This document shows positions 13,349 through 27,707 of a stretch of DNA of 64,000 nucleotides, one piece after another. The stretch is from positions 4,774,001-4,838,000 of the forward strand of contig NC_134025.1 in NCBI RefSeq assembly GCF_964204645.1, written 5' to 3'. The notes under the pieces were generated by a model. That model searched no databases, was not told where the DNA came from, and saw nothing but the letters and a program-made list of their open reading frames with translations. Position numbers and translations under genes: made by a program. Source of the DNA: Tubulanus polymorphus (taxonomy: Eukaryota; Animalia; Nemertea). How positions within the stretch are numbered: position 1 is the stretch's first letter; each line of letters starts with the position of its first letter.

Positions 13349-15116
13349 ATGTCGAATATCCGAAACCTTCTTTCTTGGAAAGGCCTTACGATCATTTTAT
13401 GCTTGTATGGTTTCTTCAAAGAATTGAGGCCCTCGGAGGCATGGCTGACGCGGTACTTGAAAGAGAACAAAAACCTAACGGAAAACGAAGTGAACAACCA
13501 AATATACCCAATTTGGACATATTCTGCGATGGTCGCCCTTTTGGTAGTCTTACTGATTACGGATATAGTGCAGCATACCCCTATTATCGCTCTAGAGGGT
13601 GTCGCGTATATCGCAACCTGGGCGCTCATTATTTGGGGAGAAGGGGTTTTTCCTATGCAAATGATGCAGTTCGTGTATGGCTGGGCAACCTCGACAGAGA
13701 TCGCCTATTATTCGTATGTTTATTTGATAGTATCGGAAGATCAATACCAAAAAGTAACTTCTTTCACTCGTAGCTCCATTCTGTGTGGTCGCTTCCTGTC
13801 GGGTCTTTTTGCTCAACTTTTCGTCACTTATAACGTTATGAATTATCTGCAGTTAAACTATTTTTCGTTAGTCAGCGTGGCCACGGCAATGATTCTGTCG
13901 ATAGCCTTACTGATCATTGCTGGTCCCAGACGTACCCGCCGTACTCGTACGACCATACTGGTCGCTTCTGATCAGGAGGGATCCACTAATGTCGAAGCAC
14001 CCCCTGGTATTTGTGATGGCGATGATATCAACATTTTACCAACACATCGCGGGCCACTCGAAATCGAACCGTCATGCCAAGGGGATCAAAGATGCTGTAT
14101 GAAATTCCGACGGCGGGTTGTTTTCGAAATGAAAGAAATGTATTGGGGCATAAAATCCAGCTATTCCGACCTCGGTTTGTTGAAATGGTCGGTGTGGTGG
14201 GCATTGGCTACGTGTGGATTTATGCAAGTTGGAAACTATGGTCAGAACTTGTGGGACGAGATTTTGATCGACCAAACGAATCGAAAACTGTACAATGGCA
14301 CCGTAGAAGCAGTTAGCACAGTCCTAGGTAGACCTTTAAATAAACCATGAGATTGATTATGTCGTCGGCGTTCGTTTTTCAATGTTTCAAGAAAAATCTT
14401 TTTCTAGGCGCAATAATGGCATTTTCTGTCGGTTTCGTCAAAGTGAATTGGAAAGAATACGGGGAGCTACTATTGTTTGTTATGTCATTCTTGGACGGAA
14501 TGTGTTTAATGGTGATGTCTCAGACCACTGAAATTCTGACCTGTTACATACTTTATATAGTATTCCGTTCCAACTATCATCTTGTGATCACAGTAGCCAG
14601 GTGCTAAGTATAATCCCAAAATATCATTAAATCGTATTTGCAATATTAGAAAACTCAATATAATTACCAGTAATTTCGATCATGCTTGTCATGTTATCAA
14701 GTTTTTGTTCATTTGATAAAGGTTTCTGTTCCTTCATCACTCATTCTATATCTACTTTTCATCTATAGTTTTCAGATTGCTACTTACCTGGAAACTGATC
14801 GTTACGGTTTGATATTCGGTTGCAATACGTTTATAGCGCTGGTGCTACAAAGTATTATTACTTTTATTGTCGTTGATAAACACGGTTTAAATACACCTGT
14901 TCGACCACAGGTACGTTCCAATTGATTTTGAATGACAATATTCATAGAAACTAACTTTTTTTTTACAATATTCCGGTTTTTTTCTTCCAGTTCATGGTAT
15001 ACAGCGGTTATTTCATCGCGATCGGGCTTATTTTCATGTTCGCCATCTTGTATCAAGTCCAAAAACGTTGTCGTAATCGCCAGGCCCAGACGCTAGAGAT
15101 ACCCAGTCAAAACTAA
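13349..15116 (+). CDS. SLC19A: SLC19 family thiamine transporter / reduced folate carrier (4 coding exons)
   Basis: [103 protein letters not shown] and QFMVYSGYF. First ATG at 13349 (the ORF-track start at 13343 is TTG); TAA at 15114-15116. Confidence 0.95.
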
Positions 15117-16588
15117 GACACATTTGTGTAAGAAGTACATAGACATACCGGTGAAAAAAACAAATTCTTGCTAGATTTTAAACTATAGTCGAAACGCTAA
15201 GCTTATAAGAATTCACTAACTTTGATTTATATATAACAAGACTTGATTGACGTTACAGGATATCGCATAACCAACACGGTTGCGCTATTCAAACATTTAT
15301 AATGATCTTAGTTTGCTTTTTATTATTGCTTTCTATTATCGTATACGTTATTAAGGGTGATCAAAATGAATAAAAACAAATGCTTAAATGTTGACGAGAA
15401 GCGCTTTATTTGGAGATATCAACGATATGACTGCCATCATCAACACAATAGCTAGCCAATCACTTTCACAAATATAATATTATGTAATTTTTCAATATAT
15501 GTATAATATCAATATCAATATATCATTTTGTTAAAGATTTAAGAAAATAAATCGGCAATTATCAGTGAAGAGTTATCGCAGTGTACATTTTTCCTCAACT
15601 TAAGGTGTTATCATTGAAAAATAAACAATTAAATGAAATGAAAATGTTTTTGGTTTCATTTCGATTAGCAAGAATTTGGAAAAGGCAGAAATAGGCTTGA
15701 AATTTCACGCAGTCCGTGGCCATAAACTTTCGTCAAACAAAAACATCAACCAATTAATAGATATAATATATCAATAGCAACTAAAATTTACGGTAGGTGT
15801 CGTCTGAAATCACAGTCAATATCCAAAGTACTAAAAAAATGTCCAAACAAACTTTCGTCTCCACTCATTCTACCGCTGATCCTGAATTTCTGAGCGTATA
15901 AATGAATCGTAGTAAATATTTTCTTGTATAGATATGATGGCTTATTTGGACCAAGAAGAGAAAATACCACCCAACAAAAGTTAATTTCACATTTTTGTTA
16001 TCAAATCGTTTCTTGTGGCGAAGATATAACTCAAAAATTCAGTTTTCAAAGTATCTATAATGGAATGAATTTTGACATTTTGACAACTTTTGAAATTTCC
16101 TGTTCATGGTCCGGATCAGCCAATGTACGGCAAATACTACAGAAGGGTGCGCGTTATAACGCATTTTTAAGTGATTATTTTACATGTGGAGAGATCATTG
16201 ATAAATACATAAATATCATCAGTCACCCATGACACTGCCTGATTATGCGATCTTTTTCAATGTTATTATTTTCGTTTCAAGTCGCACTTTCCTTCGATAA
16301 AGATGTAGCAATGGTGAAAATTACTATACACGACAAGAAGGGCGATTGTAGTGCACCGTTTAATTACGAAGCTACCAAAGTGAAACACGCCTATAATGTC
16401 GTCTACAAAATGCGAGCCGACTTGAAGGTGGTTGCCAACTAGCCCAACAAATACGGTTAGATAATTCTAAATGCCAAAATGTGTTTAAATACTTTTTGAC
16501 TAGCAGTTTCGGTTGAAGCTGGCACGCGTGTACATCACTTTGGTAGCTAGACCTATTTACAGCGCCGAAGAATGGAGATCGGGACATC

Positions 16589-19500
16589 TCAATTCGATGG
16601 GCTCTCTCCGTCGTTGATCTGTTGGCTGTATTTCGGGCCACCCGCTTCCGAATCTTTCAGTCGTACTTTTTCATCGTCGGATTCCTCGTCGCTCTTCATA
16701 TAGAAATGGAAGCCTAGGTTTAACTCAGGTATTTCGTAGACGACCGCCAGCGCGAGCATCATTATGATTAGACCGAGCAGAAGATACACTGAAACATAAC
16801 GAGAAATGATTTAACAAAAAGCAAAAGAAGACGAACAAATACTCTTCGTCAGGATGATGCCCGGCTAAAAGTTCCAAAACTATCTCGGAAAAAGACGCAT
16901 CGTGCTTTGCTGAGGATTATAATTCAATTTCAATTAGATGCAATACTCAACCTCTCCAACCGACTTCTATCTCACCTGTAGTTACGATTTTATATACGGC
17001 CCGATTCTTCTGCGATGGATTGTCACCCGGAATGTAATCACCGAGACCGATAGTGGTCATCGATATGAAACAATAGTAGAATGCGTCCAGGTAGTTCCAC
17101 TCGGTTTCCAGCGCTGAGAATATCGCTGCCGGTACCAGGAACACGAATACCATCAGTAAGATGACGATTGCCAGTAAATGAACGAGGCGAATATACATCG
17201 GTCGGTACAGGTGCTCCAGTTTTTTGTTGAGCCATTTAAGGAATATCGTCGACGGAATCATGAGCCTTTCGACTACAGCCGTGAACATGATCAACGTCAA
17301 CGGAATGCCCAGTAAAGCGTATATGATGCAGAACACCTTACCCCCCTCTGACAAAGGGGTGGTGTGGCCATATCCTGAAAAAATAGATTCGATTTATATG
17401 AATTAAATCAACAACTCGTTCACTATGATAGACCAAATTCTAGTAGTGTCATTGGGTAGCTGTATGATCGCTTCAGATCAGATGAGACATGTCTCTGAAT
17501 AGTTTAATATCAAATCTTCGTGGTTTTTAGCATCTAGCAAAAAGAAATGATCGAAGAAACGATTGCTGCAACATATGTCGCACTCGTCACAACGGCAGCC
17601 CTGGAAAGAATGAAATGAACGCGCATTCATATATCTTCAATACCACTGTGACTAATGAATCTCAGTTACAGCACTGTTCTTGAGATTGAGTACAGTTGAA
17701 GATTTCTGGAGAAATAATTTAATTTGATCACGATTTCAGACATCGATATGCATGTGAATAAAAACGAATGTTTTAACAGTTATACTGTCAGATCTATAGA
17801 AACACTCTGTATAACTAATGGGGGGATATATTGGTTGATGTGTCAAGGGCCCTTGAGAGCGCACTTAAAATCTTTGCCACCATCTGTTGGTATGCTTGGA
17901 TACACATTGGTGGAATGTGCTATACGTTTGTATTGCAATACGACGAAAATGATCGATCCATTATTGAAAAGCTAAAATTCATAGTCATTTCTTATAAGAA
18001 ATTTTATCTGAAGGAAGCTAAAATAAAACTAACTGGTTCCATCTAGTCACTGTTAATGAATCAATGAGCTCAATGGCACATCCTAAATTTTCATCTCAAT
18101 TCTACTTGTTATGGTTTGGAAAAGTCGCAATGATTTCCGATTCACCCCGTCCTTCCCTGATCATCTATACTCCCAGGAGCTTAGTTGTTAAATTTCTAGC
18201 CAATTGGAAAATCATATGGCTACACTGTACTGCGAAAGAAATGTAAATATATTCGGCAAAATAATGTGATTCTCACCTATAGTTGTAAGTATGGTCCCCG
18301 CAAAGAACAGGGATTGTCCGAAGCTCCAATTCGGCTCGCTGGACACATTGCTGATAGCTGACACGCCGCGTTCATTTGCCTTCACTATCTCGACGATAAA
18401 AGCTTCAAGTTCTCCATCTATGTAAAAGAAAGTTAAAGATATAGAATATAAGCCTTTAAGAACGCAATACCACTGATATTATTCTATCTTATTCGAGATA
18501 ATCATATTTCTACTAAAACACAAGGTCGCTGCAGATTTTCACTTCATTCGTTGAACCACATCAAAGAGGTTCCACATTACAAGAGACCTGTCACAATGTA
18601 ACGGGTGGTAATGAAATTTGTCGAACACCCTAGGACATAAGAAACACCGGGATTCGATGCGAAATGATCAAATAAAAATTCTTTCGGATACATTCTGCCG
18701 CGATATATTCTCAAGGGGTATTTTGTGTAGATTTCAGATCGTCAGGATTCGAAGCATGTTTTGGTAATTTTGCTTCATCGTTTGACGGTTGTTGCCGTTC
18801 GTCTGCAGCGAGTGCTGCACCGATTTTATGAGGTATCGTGTTTCTGCTGCTAGGTAACACCCGAGGTACATCGATCAACCGTGAGATGTCACGATCTTGT
18901 CTCATCGTTCCCTCATACAACGTTCGCGCAGAGACGACGCGAGGACTGATCGGAAAGTAGCGTTAATTAACGCGGGAAAAACAGGGTTGAACACGTGCCA
19001 TTTCGCTATCTCAAATAACAACAATAAAAGTAGAAATGTTTGAAACAGCATAATGGAGTACGGCTTAATGATATTGTTATGACTGCACGTACAGAGTGAC
19101 ATGTCCATACTCACTATCGCAATTAGAACAATGGGAAACATTGTTGCGAGTCGTATAAACATGATTTCAACGTGATCCGACCGGTCAAACCGCAGCCAAT
19201 TCATTCAAAACTAAAACCACCATTGAATAAACCCATTTCATGGGGACTTTTACCAAACTCTTAAGCCTAATCGATTGTTGTGATCAGATTGGTGTTCAGC
19301 TTTGCGCGACGTCCCAGGTATCTCCGCAGGGAGGTGGAATACGTCTCTTATTCTTTAAAAAATTTAAGCTGTCATTAATATGTGTTAATTGCCCAATCTA
19401 ATTTGCTCATTAACACAATTTTGATAGCTGTCGGTCACAAAATATGACATCGCTGTGCTTTTTTGGACAATAAATAAAGTGGCCACATACGGTCCGTGTA

Positions 19501-21580
19501 CTCCTGGATATCTAGATAGATTGCTCTATGAAAAACGTGTGATATGTATCTATATACACATTTTCGCTTCATGTTTCCCATACGAGTTAAATGAAGCTCA
19601 TAACCGGTGACAGGTGCAGTAGGCAGATCGATGATAGAAAACTTGCACAAAAAGTGAATTAATTCACCATCAAATCGTTCATCGAAACACTCTACTATCA
19701 CTTCATGGCAATCTATGATAAACATCGGTTTTCATCGCGGAAAATACCGAACCGCCACGACTGAACTTTTACGCCCGCATAACTTACAAACATATATACC
19801 CCTTTCGCCGAGGCTGACAAATCGGGACTTCCTGGTGGTACATGCGTGGTCGTTTCAGTATACAGATCTAATAACTACTAATGTCCATTTATATGAACGA
19901 CGGGAAACAATTATTTTGAACTGAAGCCGTCCAATTATATAGATGAACGGCTGACGCCCTATATGCAGCATGTGTCACCCACGTTGGATAGAAACCCTAC
20001 ATAATACGTTAACGACCAAGTCAGGAAATATGCCCTTTTACGTTGTATGATTGTTGAGCCTGTGTAGGAATAAACTTTGTTTCCGTTGAAAATATACTGT
20101 TATCGATGAAGATGAAACGTTTTGAAATCTAGTTTTACTGGAATCGTTTTAAATCTATTTCCTGACATCATCTCCGTCGAATAGATTTTCTCTTATTCAT
20201 TTTTTGCGCCATGTCGAGTAAAATTGAATGTCTTCGGGGGTATTCCCGTTATCTCGTCGAATTTAGACTTCGGAAGAATGATAGAAAATTAGTTAACGGA
20301 AATTGGCAATACAATAGAGCATATTTGTAAATATTTAAGTCGTGAATTTTATATATTCAAATATATATCTTGAAATATTTCATATGTATATACATATTGA
20401 TACATCTGACGCGTAATTGCCTTTCGCGCTGTGTACACAAATTTATTCATTTTAACAGACGGATGTTTGCGAACGTTTCCACAGTAGCAGTATCTTATTT
20501 GACATTGATATCCAGATGTAGAGACAGCGGTTACACCCTGCAATATGTCGTGAGCCCGTGTATGGGTTGGACACACGTTACGGCTAATTAACATCGCACG
20601 ATACAGCGCTAAATACAGCACTACAGATTAACAAGAAAATGGCTACCATCTTCCAAATAAAGCAATGCAAGATATTCAACCAAATTCATAATTTCTAGTG
20701 ACACCAAAAACGTAGGCATTTAACAGTAATGCACTGAATGTAAATTAACAAAAGCCATGGAGTAAACAGATGTGGAATGAATGAAAATAACGTTTTAATT
20801 TTAGTAAAATACCCTCTAATTCGCATACAAAAGATTAATTTCAAACTTATTTTCTGCTATCACAGTGACGACAATACGTTGCTATTTGAAATAATTAAAC
20901 GCTATTTTTTTATATGAATCGATTTTTATGCGCTTTGACGGCAATAACGAGAAAAAGCGTAGGATTTATGAAGTAACTTGACGACATTGCGCGACGAAAA
21001 AAAATTTCCTGTCACCGATGACAACACGATAGGCAAGACGAAACAAGATAACTCGTCCTATGGCGAGTCGTGGCCATGGTAACAAGTTATTCTTCTCTAT
21101 ATCATCTGCTATGACAAAACGGTTCTTAACGCATATACATATATTCATAATGACTCCGATTGGCTTAATTCAAAGGACTAACATGTCACGTCAGGAAAAT
21201 GATACATCAGTTAGACTAGTCTCTTAAAATGTTCTTGTTTAAGATGCTTCAGATTTTCTCAATGATTGATTTTGTCTTCCCTTTTAAAGTGTTTATGAGA
21301 AAACTAAATTACTTAAGAATTAATGATAATAATAAATAGACCTTTCTATCCATGGATTATTCGTTCATTAATTGGCGTTATTGAATTCCTCAGAAAGAAA
21401 ATTCATATACATGTATCTACCATAAAAACCGATTAATATACATAGATCTACACGATAGATTTCAACTAGTCAACAAAATGATAGCAATATATGCGCGCTG
21501 GTCTAGCTAGCTTATCGAATGGTATTATTAACGAGACAGATGTTTTCAATGATTAAAACCAGATGAAAACATCGACTAAA

Positions 21581-21623
<43 letters not shown>

Positions 21624-24600
21624 TATATATTTATAACAGGGTACATACGTTTATATATGCCCCAGTGTCCGCGATACGGAAATCATCATAGAATATGTTA
21701 AACGTTATCACATTTTTGCAACAAAAATGACTATACAGAAAAACCTCTGTCAGCTACTTTTTGTCAAACGGGTACTATTTCAGTCGCTAGTTCAATGCGT
21801 TGGTGGCTCTCGGAATAAGAAAAAAGAGCATTTCTGGTGGTAAAAACTATCCTGGATTTGTGGCTTACCTGTAAGGCACTGACTGTGGGTCCTTAGAAAA
21901 TCGGCCCTAATATCTTGTAAACAAGCTCTTAACTCCTCTTCTTTGGGCCCTTCAATAGCTGCGAATACTATAGCTCCAACCACAAGGTAGACTATGATAA
22001 ATACAACTAGTCCAATAGTCCGAAAGGTACTACGTCTACACCACCAACATTTTGCCAAGTGGGCATCGGAGGGCATCTTTCATATTGACGATGCCGGAAA
22101 TCTTTTCGCCCTTGCGGCTAAATGGAAATGATTTAATTCGTAGCGATAAATAATTTCCACGCGATATTTAAACGAATCAGTCTATTGCAGTGCTAGGGGT
22201 GGTACTAAAGCCGACACAGATGACACTATAGGCAAATCAATGGGGAAAATATAAAATGCTTCCCACCTGCGTGTACGCGAACGCGTAACGACACCGAGAT
22301 CTACGTAGTCGCAAGCGAGTCTACAGTCGTAAAGTAAAATTTTACGAGATGGCAATCTGAATAATGGCGCTCTTAATTAAAACCTAATGGTTCGCATAAA
22401 GTTTCATTAGTAAACGAATATATATGCATGAATTCGCCAGATGACTCGCACAACTTCATTCGACGGGATCGCATTAATTCCACAATTCCCTGACCGCTGC
22501 GTAGGACACGAGACGATTCCAAAATCACTGTCCTTGTGCATCAATAATTAATGAAATTCTAGTTCTCCTGTTCCTTGTCCATCGCCCACGATAGCACGTT
22601 CGTATGTTTATGCCACGTTACGTTAACCTTTCAGCCTACATTAGCCCTGTCCGGGCATATTATATCCCTAGGAATGTAATTGTTGTGTATATGCGTCAAT
22701 GCATGAACATGATATTAGCGTGTGTTTTCTGGATATAATGTGACCTTTATTACTATATCGTTATGGTTAGCATTTATTTAGGTCGCAGTCACAAATGATA
22801 AACCTTCCATTTGTATTATTTGTCTGTGGATTAATTTAGCGACACCAACACAAAGTAAATATGAAAATTGATTGTATTTTGTCGGAATGAAAAACGGAAA
22901 ATGCGTAAACTATTTCAATTGATGCCGACTTCTTCATCCAGCAATTTGACTGCAGATGTGAAATTCGCATACTTTGATGATTCCGAAGAAATGATTTGAA
23001 TTTCAATTTCACGGTTTGCATCAACACTGCCGTCGTCGGGCAAACCGGATACTATAAATAATCGCGCGCATACATTTGATGAAATATGACGCTCTGTATG
23101 AGAGTGGTTTGTAAAAAGATAGAAAAACAAACAAATCGCGTGCGAAATCGTCTGAAACTTTCGTCCCGCATTAGTCAACGCGATCTAACGAGCCATTTTC
23201 CGATCGCCAAGAACCGCGGTGATGGTTTTGATTTATTTGTTCTGTCGAAGTTTTTTCTTTTTTAGTACTAAACATGGAACCGGAATCGATTCGCAAATTA
23301 CACGAAGTCACGAGAACAGTATTTACATATTGTAATGGGATTTTATGCGACGTTTTCCGGCATGATGTATTGGCATCGACTGATTGACGGAGAAATCAAC
23401 AGTGATCAGATCAGAGTTTTCGTTGTTTCAGTCATGAGTGAAAAGTAACAACTCACGATTCATTTGATTGAGGTCGCCCACTCCTCCAACAAGTTACAAA
23501 ACGTTGGGCATACGTAAAGTGGCATTTGCTTGTTTTTTTTTTGGTCTATTCACAAGGACGTTTTGAGAAGAAATGTATGTGAATGACAATGACACATGCT
23601 GTAAACACGATTGCACTCGACCAAGTTTTAAATCATCCTACGGATGATGTAAGTTCAATGCCATCATCGATTCTAAGTAAATTCCAGTGGCCGTGCAATT
23701 ACCGGAATTTCGTTCAGTAATCAACTTTGATTAGTGATATTGATTGGATTGACCTGTACACCAATAACAGACGTGACTTGACTTTATTCGCCCACACTTT
23801 TCTGCTAATGTACATACGAATCTCCGATGCAAGTGTTTCGTAGCTAATTTATACTCAAGAAGTTTGAAACATATATTTGAATCTGCATCTATATGGTTCA
23901 AATAATTGATTACATGTATTAGATCATAATACAAATACATGTACGAAATATTATTCAACAGTTCATTTTGTTCAGGAAAGAAAGTGACACACCACACAAT
24001 GCATATATAACAAGTCACAATGCATCTTGGCAAAATGTTGACATGTTTAAGCTCATTTCAAAGTTTTATATGAACTAAGTGTATGCTTTTATTGACTTGC
24101 GATTATTTTCGAGAACGTCATATCAAATGCAAAATTTTGCCCATGGCATTTACAATAACATCGAGTATCTTGTTATTAAGATATCGATTACTGATTGTCT
24201 GAGGGAGAGTGTTTCAATCGGTTTTTGTTATGAAAATGGGTGGTAAGTTCGCAACCAGGAAATCTGTCGGCATATCATTAAGCGCAGTGTATGATTGACG
24301 AGGACTGGTCAAGCGTAGGACTAATAGATAGCCCCCTCAGCGATGGATGAGATGATCTCCCCGATAGCGAATTCTCGCAAGGGCAGTCGCCTCGAGACCG
24401 AGGTCACTCGCACGCTCGGTGTAAAAAATATTTTCTTTTGATTTTATTGTCTTAAATAATTATTTATTGATTAGCTACAAAACCTAACCGTTCGTTCGAA
24501 TTTTTTTCGCATTTTATTCCCCATATTTAGTTCTGGAAAAAAATTCAGGTAGCCGATTATCTATTCACGTTATATTATAGTGTTTGGCCTCCGTGACCGC

Positions 24601-25971
24601 CGTTCATATCGTCGAGCTAAATAAATACATGCAATGCGTGCTTTCTTCGCATCTATATCGTGGACACAATTTGATGCATCCGTCAACATCTACCCACGCA
24701 CGTCCTATATAATACTCAACCCCACACCGCCCGATTAATCCTAGCCACTACATCTTCTAACATAAATGATACGTTTTTAACCGTTAATGTGCAATCTTCT
24801 TGGCTGGTAAGCCTCGAAATACGAGCTAAATATTGACCTTCAACGTGGATCCTCATAAACAAAATATTGTTTTCCGCTAAAGCTCGATACCCAGCGAGCC
24901 GTGCGCATCTCAGGGATTATTTTGAACATGCAATGTTTTGAATTATATGAAAATATTTGTCGGAATCACAGCTTCGACTTGAGATATTCCATTCATTTGG
25001 AAACTAAGTGAAATAGGGATGTCACGAATCCGTCGAATAATTATTCAACCTTCAAACTATCATCGATAAAAGACTTCTCGATGATCTGTTTATTTACTTC
25101 ATGTTCTGTGTTATGCGATATAGCTCCGTGGGATTGCTAATAACATCAAATAAATCCGTCGCATCCAAATATCGCCAAATATATTATCAATACACAGCGA
25201 GCGAGACAGGGAGCGATCTTTCCAAGATCAATCTTTGCTCTCCAAAATCTCGACATGCGAATATTAAAAGGCGGTCGTAAGCGGCGCGTTATAAACGCTG
25301 TTCGTGGTTGAGCGAAAAGAACATGTAGCAATTCCGCACAGTTGCCAGAATGCTTCATGTGTCGCTAAACTAATATATTAAACATCAGTAAAGAGTGGTT
25401 GTGACATATGGCACATAGAGCGTACAACAGCAATTCGCTCTGCTTTTCTGTTTTCCTTTGAAGAAGCAAAGGAATTGATCCAACTAAGCCAGACAGGGTA
25501 ATATCTTATCAAACATAATTGATAAAATGAAGTGCGTTTGAAAATGAACCGTCTGGTTCGAAGGCGTCAACTGGCATTCTACGGATTGACTTTCGTCAAA
25601 TTCTGCTTAAGGATACATACATGTGCAGATATATTATTACATCAAACAATTGCTTGGCTCCTGAAAATAATGATTGTAAGCCCGAGGTTATTAGAAGTCA
25701 ATTGATACACTGTGCAACAACCCCGCTTTCAGCTTCCGGACTTTACGGTCTAGGTTTCCATGGTGATAAATGTATTTTGGGTCTCATTAAGGCGTAGATT
25801 AATTCACTTGTAACGCAACTTAAATCCGGAAGTAACGGTGTCAAAATAGTAACGTCATACTTCACTTTCTTTTCGAACTATTGACACATTGAGTAAAAGA
25901 TGTATCAAAACTCTATCAAGACCATAGTATATATAAATATTTTGTAACTGGTTCTACCACAAATGAGCCTT

Positions 25972-26042
<71 letters not shown>

Positions 26043-26927
26043 CAGTGTTGCTTCCGAATGTAGATGCGTGTTGCCGATGATGATTTAGCGCAGGCGATCT
26101 GCCGCAGTCTCAGACGACGCCTCACGAATCTCCATGGTTTCATTTGACGGAATCTTTCCGTGCCATTTTCAAAGTCGATAATAGCTTTCCGTCTAGCCGT
26201 ATGTATTGGTCAATACACAAACACGATGTAACTCTTCAAGACGTCGGATTTAAACGATATCTTCATTAGCTGGAACAATCAACGCAGCGTTTCCCTTCAT
26301 AAACAAGGTCTAGTCAATAAGACCGGTTTGAAATATCTATTCGATCTATACCAGCTAATGTCATGTTTTCTAATAATAACAGAAAGCAGTTTCTTACGTC
26401 ATCTGTAAAAGCTCATGTTAGTTTATTTATATATCAAATATAGATGCAACCACATTCAGGATTAAACGATGCAAATGCTTATTAGATGGCATCTGTTTTG
26501 ATAGATCAGTAATTGACCTCTCAGGGGAAATCTTTGTATCTGCAGTGCTCTGATTTAATTAATCTTCGAGTTTCGTGATGCATGCAATTTATAAGCAGAT
26601 ATGCCAGTATAGCAGATTACGCGTACGAACAATAATTATTTACAAATTAAGCATTCAAGATATTCGCCAAAAATTGAACGCACTACAACTGCAGCTTATG
26701 AATTACCTAGGTACACAAACACCATATATACGCCTACCTGTTAGGCATGGATAGTTTGATGTTAGAAATTGCGATCTGTAATGTCTAATCCGACGAACGA
26801 TTTCCTTCTCGATCGGGCCTTCGATTGCTGAGAATATGGACGCCCCGATCACCAGATAAAGGATATAGAAAGATACCAACACGATCAGTCGAATGGTACT
26901 TTTCCTAAGGTTTAAATGGAATCTCAT
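16589..26927 (-). CDS. KCNK1: Two-pore-domain K+ channel, TWIK (KCNK1/6)-like; isoform using the distal first exon
   Basis: Exons 26927-26738, 18417-18277, 17374-16976 and 16788-16589 splice in frame. They give M1 (YLVIGASIFSAIEGP), the cap (PCLTDGELEAFI), P1 (WSFGQSLFFAGTILTTIGYG), P2 (WNYLDAFYYCFISMTTIGLGDYIPG) and M4. The GYG/GLG filter pair is the TWIK signature. Confidence 0.9.
21587..21630. repeat. (TA)n microsatellite
   Basis: Visible TA run. Confidence 0.9.
21869..22076 (-). CDS. KCNK1: Alternative (proximal) first coding exon of the TWIK-like channel, encoding N-terminus + M1 + cap helix
   Basis: MPSDAHLAKCWWCRRSTFRTIGLVVFIIVYLVVGAIVFAAIEGPKEEELR...HSQCLT, ending ACAG|GTAAG in phase 1. 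This is the same phase as the distal exon and is compatible with exon 18417. Confidence 0.85.
25974..26042. repeat. (TA)n microsatellite
   Basis: About 30 TA units. Confidence 0.95.
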
Positions 26928-27707
26928 ATCGCTGGTATTCAAAATGATCGTACGCAAGCCAGCTTACTCAAAATCTGCGACAGTCTCGTCTGCAACTGAA
27001 TGAAGCTGCGTTGAATGGTAAAGCATTCGATATTCCGCCGTCTCGTGCCGATCGATCTTATTGCTACATTTGCTAACTGCTTTTTCTAAACTGCGCACTG
27101 CATCAATGAAGCGAAACCAAATTCAATCGTTTTCAAGAAAAAGGAGCGAATACTGTCCTCATTTTTTAACTCTCCACAAAGTTTTTGTTGATAATCGGTA
27201 GTGAATCTATAGACATTCTGTTTCAGATATTGTTTTCTATGATTCTTTCTTCAAAAGGTATATATACATAAATATGTTTTAGACTTTGGTAATGATTCAA
27301 ATTATTTTGAACTCAATTTCGATGAAACGTTAATTGTTGGTGACTCTGGAATGGCTCGCGTTGTTTTCAGGGGTCCCGATGTACAAAAATCGAGAAAAAA
27401 AATATTCAGAGATAAACAAATGCGAACACGATATTCTCTCCGTTTTTTTTTTCAAATACTGTCCGTCCATTATAAAACCCAGCGTAGTTTATATGCCGCA
27501 GATGCCGTGTCGGACATCCATCGACCCGGCGCCAGGAACCCGCAACAATCGCTGACCGTACACTACTGCCATCTATGTAAAATCGAGGTATGAATTGAAC
27601 GCGATAATTTATTGTGTGGATACTTTACCCACCGGTTCCGGTTCCTCTTTTTTGGATAAAACAAAGAAATAAAAGCCAACTTATTAATCAAGAAGCTATA
27701 TTCAAAC

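Noticed and set aside
13279-14316. Several overlapping ORFs (13330-13773 +, 13279-13629 -, 14074-14316 + and others)
   Set aside because: These are alternative-frame shadows of the SLC19 coding exon with no recognisable motifs.
18711-19204. Minus-strand ORFs in the channel intron as a possible third first exon
   Set aside because: There is no M1/EGP/cap-Cys motif, and I found no phase-1 donor; both ORFs end in stop codons.
21869-22076. Separate second K2P gene or pseudogene
   Set aside because: No pore exons were found between 22076 and 26738. The intact ATG, frame and donor favour an alternative first exon.
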